Positions 25,071 through 34,942 of a stretch of 64,000 bases of DNA are shown one piece after another. The number at the start of each line of letters is the position of its first letter. The first letter of the stretch is position 1. The notes beneath the pieces were generated by a model. It saw only the letters and a list, made by a program, of their open reading frames with translations. It ran no database searches and was not told where the DNA came from. The translations under genes and the position numbers were made by a program. The DNA is from Eukaryota sp. TZLM1-RC (Eukaryota > Protista > Metamonada: BaSk clade), in contig JAUPSS010000005.1 of assembly GCA_040285825.1 (NCBI GenBank), positions 1,240,001-1,304,000 on the forward strand, given 5' to 3'.

Positions 25071-27980
25071 ATTGTCTCCCTTTTGTACAAACTAACAACC
25101 TCAACCCTGCCCCACCCTTTCCTTCTTTCTCTTTATCAACGTCTCTCTACCCTCGTCACTTGCTTCCGTCCTTTTTCTGACCCCCCTCCCCCATACTGAA
25201 TATTAATAAAACACCAAGATTACAAAGGTGCCATACAAAAATGGGCTCGCTGAACAAAGGGAAGAGTAATTTTAACATGGCATTCACAAATACCATGGCC
25301 TGTCAATCATCGAACAACAAAAACAACTCAGATGACCACTTTTCTAAACAAAACTACCCTACAAATGCGTTTTTTTGTGAATGTAACGCTACATTTTTTC
25401 AACAAATACCGATGAATGTGTAAGAAGGTCAATCAGAGTCACGTTCTTTTTTATGAAGTTTTTTGTGCATCAAGTCAATGGCTGAACAAGGACTCCACTA
25501 TTATTCAAATATTTCATATTATACTATTCTTTTTGAATACATCACTGCAAATATGTTCAAGTTTATAAATGTGTTTTTTCTCGGTATCTAACCTCCATTT
25601 TGAATAACATTACGGTGTTCAATAACAAGGGAGTTGTTGTTCAAGTGAATGACAAGATTATTTTGTCATTGAATGGATAACGAATTGATGGGCGTTTTCG
25701 CAGGTAAAAGGATAAGTCAAATTCATTTTAAAAATCATCAGAAACAGAGTCGATTCGTGACTTTTTTAAAGAAAAAATGGTTCAAACTTGAGTTGTATAT
25801 CTCAAAATACAGTTAACATTTTTCAAACGGAGTGAACCTTTCTCAGCATTTGGCGAACATTTCATTTCTAATTTCAAATCAATATCATCTTTAACCTCTA
25901 CTTTGAATAATATACGATTTGAATGCCACAAATCTCCCATCCCTCTATCTGTAGTAAACAGATGTTGTTTCATTAGGTTATTGTTGATTTTAAAAGTGAA
26001 ATGTTGTGAATCTGTACAAACTGCTTGAACCTTACATACATCGTCTTTCCTCAACCTTGGTTTAGATCATGTACTTCATTCCCATTCCGTAAAACACCTA
26101 GAGTTTTGCTTTTTGACAGTATTGTTGAGTTTTCTTTCTGGGAATAGGATATACGCTCTCCTCTCACCTCCTGACAAATCCTCGTAGTTGTTTCCCACAC
26201 GGCTGCCTTTAGAACGAATTAGTTTTCCCTTGATTTCAAAATCAGCACGATCTGGTTGTCATCCTTCATTTTCTACATTCGCTTTTCCCCTTACAGTTGA
26301 TCGCCAGGGTTTGATTTCGCCTACATTTATCTCTTTGTTTTGTTCGATGTATTCCTCCCCTTTATCTGAATTAAGTTTTTTCGTTTTTGACTTCCAAAGT
26401 CAATTTCTTTGTAAAAATGATCCCTCACAGGATGTTTTTCTTTGATGGGAATCGAACTCGTGACCTTCATTTTGTTCTTTATTTGTCATTAATTTGCTTG
26501 ATTTATTACTAGTACACACATTTAGGTCAGGATCTATTTGGTTTTGTAATTTTTGAAGCCTTTTGGGTCAGTTTGTAGGTTTTCTTCATCCAATCTCATT
26601 TTTATTATTATTTCAAATGATATGTTTCTTGAAAAAGTTTTTGAGGCACCAATACTGGAATTTGTAAGGAATTAAAGGAGTTTTCAGTTTTTTCAACACA
26701 TTTTCTTTTAGGTTTTCTATATCATTTTTCTCGGCATCTTTAATTAAAATGGTATGTTGTTTTTAATCTTTTCAATTAATTTTTCATAGTACGGTTTTGT
26801 TCAACCTATTCCATTAAAGGGTTCATTTTGTGCAAAATGTGTGAACTATGAGGCTTTTTTCATTAAAGAGAGTAATTCTCCTTATTTTTAGTTTCTATCA
26901 ATAAATACATCAACGACTGGATAATCTTTGGGCAATCAGTTTTCTGACTGTTTGAAGTTGATTATGGTCATGAAAGTTCTGATTACGTGTGAGTCTATTC
27001 TCTACATGTTTTTGGATCTTTGTAGGTTTTTTTATTATGAGTTGTTTTTTTTACAACGATGACGTCCATGTTTATGTCAAAATATATTGGAGAACATACA
27101 TGGATTTTTCCCACCTGAATTTCACCATTTAGTTTCGTTTAAAATGGTGATGCATAGTTATGTGAATTTATTAATACCATCAGTACTCTTTGTGTTCTCT
27201 TATCAATCTGTTGTTCTCGTTTTTTGATTTGCTTAAAGCATTCATCTCCATGTAATCTGCTTGAACTCATTTTGAGAACAAAATGCTTTATGTTCTGTAT
27301 TTGTATTGCTATGTCTTGGGGGTGTTTGATTTGTGTATCAACTGTGATGGGAGGTTTCGATGATACAGATTGATAATGACCATAGTGCAATCTCATTTAT
27401 TGGAATAGAGATTCGTTGCCATTTCAATGTCCACGCAGAAAATCCTCATTTTCATTTGGCCAGAATTCAATCGGCACTGTCCCATTTTTATTTATCTCGA
27501 TCGTGAAATCATTTGTTTTTTTTGAAGGGACATTTTTTTCTTCACCATTCACTTCAAATCATAATTGTTTTTATAACACTATTCTAAATGATATGGAAAA
27601 TCGGCCGAACAATTTCTCTCTGAATTTAGATTTCTACTTTACTAGTTTTCATGCCTCTCTCCATTTAAAAGGCTTTCAGGATTTGCATCAACCAGTTCTC
27701 GCTTGTTTGTATTAGTTCTCTGCAAAGTTATCTTCTGGTCGCTTTATCAAAATTGAAATACATTTCCATCCGACTCGATAGGATTGGATCTCTACCGTGT
27801 ACAACATTGAAAAATTTCAACATCTGACAAGGTGAGTGACGACGAATCACAGTCAAGATTGACTCTATTGTAGCTTTTGTCTAATCCTATTTTCTCAATC
27901 AAAACAAGATGTTTTGTAATCAAATCAGCATTGGCGTTCTTTTTCGTAAGTGTTGTAGGTTTTCGACATGTATACGATGT

Positions 27981-28309
27981 TCAGGATACGAGTGGCTCTT
28001 CTTCATTGTCAGGGTCAGCGAATGGCTTTAGGAGGTAAATGCCTTCTAGCAGGGTATCAGGGATGCCGTCGCTCAGGGAGAGAGTATCATAGGCTCTGTT
28101 GGCGATTTTGAAGGCGTCGAGGTACTGTTGTACGTGGTCTGAGGTGAGCCCATTGAGGATGGGGATTGTTCTAGGTTGGTCCATGGTTCAATAGCTTCAG
28201 TGATCACTGTTGCTTCTACGCGTAGAAATGAGGGTAAAAGATGATTTATTCTAGGTACATTCTATCTAAAGCTATAGGTCATAATTATTGACACGATATT
28301 GACCTAACA
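27981..28309 (-). mobile_element. Relic of a second LTR retrotransposon: 102-bp LTR (28208-28309, TGTT...AACA) plus gag N-terminus
   Basis: PRTIPILNGLTSDHVQQYLDAF..LSLSDGIPDTLL aligns by eye with VRPVTLRSLSRTDVKYFLEKY..LPLKNFIPKRLL of the neighbouring gag. Palindrome CAGTGATCACTG at the LTR/internal junction. Confidence 0.65.
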
Positions 28310-28387
28310 TCTCCCACAGTTTTGTCCATGGTTTCTTGACTCTCTAAACGACCAAACAGTCACAAGGTAAAACCAAGTACGTAATAT

Positions 28388-28479
28388 TGTAGCTTAGAGA
28401 GATAAACGAATGTTTTATTATAACTAACACGAGTACTAAACGAGTGATGACGTGGCAATAACTAACTATTACGATTACA
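28388..28479 (-). repeat. 3' LTR
   Basis: Identical to 30676-30767. Confidence 0.95.
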
Positions 28480-28502
28480 CTACCCTTCATTTGAGAGTGA
28501 GG

Positions 28503-29150
28503 TCACCTATCTACCTTCTTTCTGTGGCGAGTAGGGAGTTTGATTCCATTTTTGTTGGCATAGTCGAGTAAGACGCTGTTGGTTCTAAAACCATCACGAA
28601 GGTTCTCTAATGGTTGCCACAAAGTAGGCCCGTTGAGAAATTTCACTAAGAAAGTAAACTGATTATCCTCAATACGATGATCAGTGATATTTTCTACGAT
28701 GAATTCGGAAGAGTCTAAGGCAGCAACTGTTCTAGCATTATCGTTGAGTTCGTTTGGTAGAAAAGGTAGAAGTTGATATTGAGAAACGTTGTAAGAGCTG
28801 TCGTTAACAATACTTCCAATCTTGTACCCGTTAGATCCAAGTATCTCAAGTACGACGAAGGGTCCAGTGTGCTTAATAAATTTGTTTTTGTTGTCAGATT
28901 TCCTAAGAACCAGGTCTCCAATCTTAAATAGTGGTTCATGTTTAAGATGAGGTTTGGTGAAACTGTCTTGCTGATTCTCGGCAGATAGCCATAAGCTAGT
29001 GAGTGTATTTTCAAGATCAAGCAGGAACGTTTTTGCCTTTGTGCGTGAATCTAGTTTGAAATTGGAAATGGGTGAAGATAAGATGTGATCGATGATATTT
29101 CGTCGTGGTGATGTATTATATGTCTGAGTATTCTTGTAGTAGGTTGGCAA
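28503..29150 (-). CDS. Integrase C-terminus (GPY/F) plus chromodomain fragment
   Basis: YNTSP, FKIGDLVL..HTGPFVVLE, EFIVENITDHR..FTFLVKF..TLWQPLENL. Confidence 0.85.
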   Translation of the reverse strand: MPTYYKNTQTYNTSPRRNIIDHILSSPISNFKLDSRTKAKTFLLDLENTLTSLWLSAENQQDSFTKPHLKHEPLFKIGDLVLRKSDNKNKFIKHTGPFVVLEILGSNGYKIGSIVNDSSYNVSQYQLLPFLPNELNDNARTVAALDSSEFIVENITDHRIEDNQFTFLVKFLNGPTLWQPLENLRDGFRTNSVLLDYANKNGIKLPTRHRKKVDR

Positions 29151-30648
29151 GAGTTTTATGTTCGGCGTCAGTGAGGCCTTGGATTGTGATGTCGTCTAGA
29201 TTGTTGGCTTTTTCGGATTCGACGTGAAAAAGCTCGAGTGGATTGGGATATAGGTCAGCAATAGGGTCTGGGTCTATATCAGGAGTGAAGTTGAAATCAA
29301 AATGAAAGGAAGAATTAGTGAGACAGCCAAGTTTCCTAAGAATGTCACAACCGAGAATGAGCTTGTCGGGAAGAGGGATGATCGCGAGGTTGTGGTTTAC
29401 GACGGATGGTTTTGAATTAATGAGAGAGATTTCGATACGGGCATCTTTAACCATTTTGTCTGGAGAAAAGGATCCAGAGATTGTTTTCAGTTCAATTTCA
29501 TTAGTCAAGGGTTGAATGTTAAGGTTCAATGTGGCACGTATGTTTTCGGAAATCAGGGAGATGCTTGAACCGGTATCGATGATTGCTTCTATGGAGGTAC
29601 CGTTGACTGTAACAGGGCTGCGAAGCACACCGTTGTCTGAGGATATGTGAAAAACTTCTTTTTTCTTGTATCGAGGGGGAGGTGGATTATTGGGGCAATT
29701 TTTTACGTAATGGTCATAAGAACCACAGTGTAAACAGCGGCCGGAGTCCTTAGAGTATTTAAAGCGTCTTTGAGTATGATGAGCGGATGTTTCATTTTCG
29801 TCGGGTCTTCCGTTCTGTGGGATCTCAGAAGTTTCGGAACCGTTATCGTTTTTTGAAGGATTATCGGAAGTGTTTAGGCGAGGATAATGATTACGTTTCT
29901 GTTGATTATACGTTCTTTTGATTAGTTTCTTTGCTTCTTTGTAGACTGTGTGGAGGGATTTCAAATAGCCTAGGTCAACGTTTTCTTCAATTTCGTTTGC
30001 GACATGTTTCGGATGGAGGTTTCTTAGGAAGTAGCGGATGACGGTCTTGTTTTTTGTGTTGAAGCGGCATTGTTCAACTATTTCGAGAAATCTGACGTAA
30101 TAATCAGCTAGCTGTTGTTCTTTGTTCTTGATTTTGATGTTCATACGGCATGCTTTCATCGCTTTTTTAGCTTCGTAGGGGTCGGTAATAATAGTCAATG
30201 AGTTCAAGTATCGATGGATTTTTTTGTCTTTGGTGGATCCAGTTTCGACAGTGATTACCTTGAGTAAACGTTTAGGAATGAAATTCTTTAAAGGTAGGGC
30301 AGTGTTAGAGTTTGTTTTATAGAGTTCGTACTTCTCGAGGAAGTATTTAACATCTGTTCTGCTGAGGGAACGCAGCGTGACGGGTCTTACCATGGAGCCG
30401 GTGATAAACAATTTTTTTAGCGTTTCGGATAGATCGGGTTGTATGGTTGGGTTCTTGTCTTCGACATCATTGTTGTCTTGGTGGTCTTCATTGGGGTTGC
30501 TTCGTTCTTCTTCGGATATTACTTCGGGTTCAGACTCGGACTCTGATTCGCTTAACTGGGCGGTACTCTCGGAGCTTTCGGAACTTGACGAGGTATCGGC
30601 AACGCGTTGTTCGGATTCAGACGGGGGTGGCGATTCGGTATCGGACAT
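29116..30648 (-). CDS. gag: Gag plus aspartic protease
   Basis: CCHC knuckle CLHCGSYDHYVKNC; protease AIIDTGSSISLI and LILGCDIL. Confidence 0.92.
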   Translation of the reverse strand: MSDTESPPPSESEQRVADTSSSSESSESTAQLSESESESEPEVISEEERSNPNEDHQDNNDVEDKNPTIQPDLSETLKKLFITGSMVRPVTLRSLSRTDVKYFLEKYELYKTNSNTALPLKNFIPKRLLKVITVETGSTKDKKIHRYLNSLTIITDPYEAKKAMKACRMNIKIKNKEQQLADYYVRFLEIVEQCRFNTKNKTVIRYFLRNLHPKHVANEIEENVDLGYLKSLHTVYKEAKKLIKRTYNQQKRNHYPRLNTSDNPSKNDNGSETSEIPQNGRPDENETSAHHTQRRFKYSKDSGRCLHCGSYDHYVKNCPNNPPPPRYKKKEVFHISSDNGVLRSPVTVNGTSIEAIIDTGSSISLISENIRATLNLNIQPLTNEIELKTISGSFSPDKMVKDARIEISLINSKPSVVNHNLAIIPLPDKLILGCDILRKLGCLTNSSFHFDFNFTPDIDPDPIADLYPNPLELFHVESEKANNLDDITIQGLTDAEHKTLANLLQEYSDI

Positions 30649-30675
30649 AAATCTCGAGGTCTAAAGTAACGTTAC

Positions 30676-30767
30676 TGTAGCTTAGAGAGATAAACGAATG
30701 TTTTATTATAACTAACACGAGTACTAAACGAGTGATGACGTGGCAATAACTAACTATTACGATTACA
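30676..30767 (-). repeat. 5' LTR
   Basis: Identical to 28388-28479; followed by palindrome AGTAACGTTACT. Confidence 0.95.
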
Positions 30768-31444
30768 ATATTTTCTAAAAATCAGCGAATTTTGGCATTT
30801 AGACTTTCCAAATCCAGTTGAAGAGGAGTGCCAACGTTGAGATCTTTTGATGGGAGGTGACCTGGTGCATAGATATCACCATTCTTCTACCATGTCCCCT
30901 TTCCACACTCTTATGTCAGAAAGATACTTGCTCAAAACCAATCGGCTCATAAAACCAGAAGATGAAGAACGATAGGTAGCCCCTTCAATATTGTCAGGAG
31001 TTCCACGAACAGAATAAGAACTACCAGAGTTAACAAAGATCAGCAATGGTCTGTCAACCTTAGCCGAGGTTCTACCAGTAGGTTTCACTACCATTGAATG
31101 CATATCCTCCCAACACGACATCTGCATACCGCATTTCTGGTTCCACTGAAGCCTACTGTCTTTCCGTTGCCAATGTTGATAACGAAATGAGTTTCATCAA
31201 GGTTCGTTATGAGTATCTCATAATCAATTAGGACGTGGACAATCACAAACTCTGTTCTACCTTGGCAATACCATTCAGATTTTTTGAGTTATTGTTGAAC
31301 CAGTCAATTGCCTTTTTGATGTTGGCATTGTGCGTTGCTCCAAAGCATTGAGGATACTTTGCAATAATGCTCGTCATGAGACCTCTTCTCGCTAGTTTGT
31401 TTGCTTTTTCAAACAGCAACTCATCGACTTGCTTCACGCCGTCT

Positions 31445-32870
31445 TGTTTTAAAAAATTGTTGAGAAAGGACCTAATGGATCACCTTGTTTGACACCAGAT
31501 GATGATATTAGATTGAATTCCACATATACAAGAGTCGACTGTGAGCCATAAAAATTGTGAAAGAACAACTCAGCTTCTGGAAAATGAGTTTGAAGCAATG
31601 GCATGATCGACGACCTCTTCACTGCATTGAAAGCGTTTTTAAAATCTAAATTAAAAATATAATTCAAAGTACTTGAATTAAAAAAGATATCAGAAGAGAG
31701 TGCTGCAGAAGATGCACCATCAACTGTTTTAATTCCAAATTGGAAAGGACTAAAAAAATCTTTAGCTTTTTTACCAATCCTGCCAAAAACAGCTGAAGCA
31801 AGAATACGAGACAAAGATTCACCAATTGCAATAGGCCTTATTTTTGATTCATTCCTTTTTTAAAGCAATTAAGCGTGAACTTGTCATTTCAGATGGAAGC
31901 TTGATTTTTTATGTTTAAATTTTGTTGAAAAAAAAACCAAATCATCAATGCATTCAGGACATTGGTTCCCCGTGGATTTCGACATGTCAAAAGTGATCAT
32001 TGATGGACCAGGCGCTTTTCCAGATGGAAAGTGGTTAATCAATTTAAATAGTTCATCATTAGTTAGGGGTTTTTGCTCCCAATAACTAACACTATTAGGT
32101 TTAGGGCACTTAAAATTTTCAACAGGATGGAGACTATTAAGTTGAGCAATAGTATTTTCATTACATCCAGCAAGTTCAGATGAAAACAGGCATTGCTTAG
32201 CGGAACCAAAGCGTCCCTTTAAAGCTAATTTTCGAACCATTTTTCTTTCTTCATGACTGAAGGACGAAATTTTGATTTCGATGATAGTAATTTTTATCTT
32301 TAAGCAAAAAATTTCCATAGCGGTGTTACATCCCATATGCCTTTTGTTAATTCGGTAGTAAATTTTCGAAAACTAATTGAAAAGGGTATGCAAGATAGAG
32401 GACTTACCTGTGATGGAACACGTATTGGAGGCCTCAAGGAATCAACAGCTTTACAGGATTCCCAAATACGTAATGGTCGTCCAGAAGAATTAATGCCCAA
32501 ATTTTTAGTACAAAAACTTCACTTATTATTCAGAGAATCAATGGATGAATTTATAGGTACTATTGCTGGTATTTCTTGATCAGCATTATCATTATTTATG
32601 GGTAACGAAGAGAGTGATTGTTCCAAATCAGCAGATACAACACGAGCTTTTAATTGTTCTTGTTTTATTTGGGGACATGTTTTAACGTTATGTCACGGTT
32701 GACGACATTTACCACAACTCTGAGAATGAACTTTTCCAGTTTTCAATGGTATTGGCTTCATTTTTTTCAGTCACTTCTATTTTGTCAACTGGTCAGTTAG
32801 AAGTAGGTGTTCTGAACATTTTTCTGTTATTCGAGCCATGATTGTCATTGACAGAAGTTTTTGCGGTTGT
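31445..32870 (-). mobile_element. 5' half of a CRE-type non-LTR element
   Basis: N-terminal CGKCRQP.HNVKTC knuckle at about 32670-32720, then LNSLHP, GKAPGPS, IRPIAIGES and KQGDPLGP. Confidence 0.85.
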
Positions 32871-32889
32871 TCGAATTTTAGAAGGTGAA

Positions 32890-33822
32890 AACAGTTTTGC
32901 AGAAACAGAGTTACTGACAGAACGTGCAGCAGTTCTGATTACCATTAATGAAACACTTGGGCATTTTAATATCTAACCCTATTTGTTTGGACACATCAAC
33001 GAAATGTTGTAAACCGTGTTGTAAAAGAGACAAAGGGCCAATAAGTGATAAATCATCTGCATAAGCACATATATGAATGTCAGGAAAATCCGACTTAAAT
33101 TTTACCAAAACTGATTGCAGTGCTAAGCAAAAGAAAAATGGACCCAATGGATCCCCTTGTTTGACGCCTCTTGACGAAACAATATTCTCAGAATGAAAAA
33201 TTAAGTTAGAGGGTGATCCATACATCAATTTGAAATAGGGCAAAAGTGGAGTATAATAAAATTCAAGTTCTTGCAAAATACTTGAGCGCAAAACCGAGTT
33301 GAAAGCATTTTTAAAATCAATATTCAGTAATTAATTTTCGCCTTCTTGATTGAAAAGTAAATCTTTCCACAACGCAGCACAGGTTGTGCCATCAGGAATT
33401 TCAATAGCAAACTGATAAGGACGGAAAAAATTAATTGCGGATGACTTAACTCTTTTAAAAGAAATAATTGCTAATAATCTCATTATGGACTCACCAACAG
33501 CAATAGGTCTGACACCACCACCTTGTTTACCTAAAGCAACTAAACGAGATGGCGTTAACGCTTGAGGTAACTTTAAAAGTCCCACGATAACACTATTAAA
33601 AAAGAATGCTCAATCATGAGCGATTTCTGGACATTTCTTGACGGCCGATTTCAATTGATCATAACTAAGTCCAGAAGGCCCAACTGAACGACCAGACGGA
33701 AGTCCTTTAATAGCCACACTAATTTCATCAGAAGTAACAATATTAGCAGTGAAGAAATCACGTGCAGCATCAGAAACAATGCGGTTTATGGTAAAATCTT
33801 GAGGAATGTCAAGAGATTTCAT
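32890..33822 (-). mobile_element. RT fragment of another CRE-type family (YADD)
   Basis: GRSVGPSG, VRPIAVGES, GVKQGDPLGP, AYADD. Confidence 0.85.
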
Positions 33823-34942
33823 AGTTAAATTATTATTTAATATTGTTATTTATTGGTTTAGAATTCGATTGAACAAAAACTTTATCTGTAGAACTGTTAA
33901 TCTTTTTGTTGATGAGGGGCTTCAACATTTAAAATTGAAGCAAAATCAAGTTCAGCTGTGGGGGATGTAAAGGCTTTTGAAGGTATTCGGAAATCCCAGT
34001 CAACAGATCGTAAGGCCACAATTTCTTGGTTTGTATTCCATAATTTTGAATTTCATGAAAAAGAAGTTCGCGTTCCAGTTCATCATATCGCCTCCTTTCA
34101 ATGTCGAGAGCTGTCAAACAAAATGAAATAAAGGACACCGGCTTTTTTGCAAGTTGCTGATTTTCACTCACTACAAGCAAAGGTTTTACTACTTTGGCTT
34201 CGCAATGCTTCCCGATACCGAAGGGGATGTAATTAAGAGTTGTTTTTCCTGCTTCGAACATACTCTTCCATGTTTTCAAACGACCTCAGGTGCTTTGATC
34301 TCATTATTGGCCTCTTTCAGTTGTACTATGATCACGGGATTCGTTTTGTCGAACTCCATACACTTCTTCTTGAACTCATCTCTGGTTATGGTTTTAGTAG
34401 CAATCAAAACGTAGAACTATGGGTGGGCAGATCGATCGAACTCAAGGTACTTCTTCAAAAGGTTTCGTCAAAAATTCTTTACTCCACTGTAGTTTGAAGT
34501 TATTTTTATATATACTGTATTTTTTATTGAAATAAAATTCTATCTTATATTCAATATCCTCCAAACAAGCGTCACTATCACTAAACCTACTCACAGCAAA
34601 TACCACAGCAAATAACCTACTCGAATACAAATAAAATTCTTTATTGCACCGCAGTTTGGTTTGGTGGCAAGACATCGTCTGTCCCAGTTGCTGACGTCAA
34701 AAACACTGAGGCATATCAATCGTATTTGCGTACCCTTGGTCCTCACACTACTAGGAAACGGAAGGAGAATTCCGATTCTAAATCTAGGACTAATTCCCCT
34801 GTAGTTGATTCTTATAGCTCTCGTACGAGATCTAAGAGAGAAAAGGAATTGTTGTACTGTGGACAATTAGTCAAGTACATTAATCATAGATTCTTTACTA
34901 GTGATGGCCTTTATAAGGGCCAACGATTTTAATAAACAAACT

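Larger units (their letters stand above)
28388..30767 (-). mobile_element. Non-autonomous Ty3/Gypsy chromovirus-like LTR retrotransposon, 2380 bp
   Basis: Identical 92-bp TG..CA LTRs, 4-bp TSD ATAT and a purine-rich GAAGGGTAG tract before the 3' LTR. Encodes gag, protease and integrase C-terminus/chromodomain, with no RT or RNase H. Confidence 0.95.
28310..31440 (-). pseudogene. pogo-like DDE_1 transposase pseudogene, split by the LTR element
   Basis: NLDETHFVINIGNGKTVGF, LLIFVN..SYSVRG.PDNIEGATYR...GFM. It reads in frame across the ATAT TSD as IR*FLENI|TYLVLPCD..VKKPWTKLWE. Confidence 0.75.

Noticed and set aside
26440-26470. tRNA gene (GTTCGATTCC B-box on the minus strand)
   Set aside because: The T-stem does not pair and there is no D-arm or acceptor stem.
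28310-28320. GGGAGA before the second LTR as a polypurine tract (tandem LTR elements)
   Set aside because: It is the TGG GAG (W-E) of the interrupted pogo-like transposase frame.
33929-34500. Second DDE transposase fragment
   Set aside because: Only a weak LPTHSS-like motif is present, which is insufficient support.
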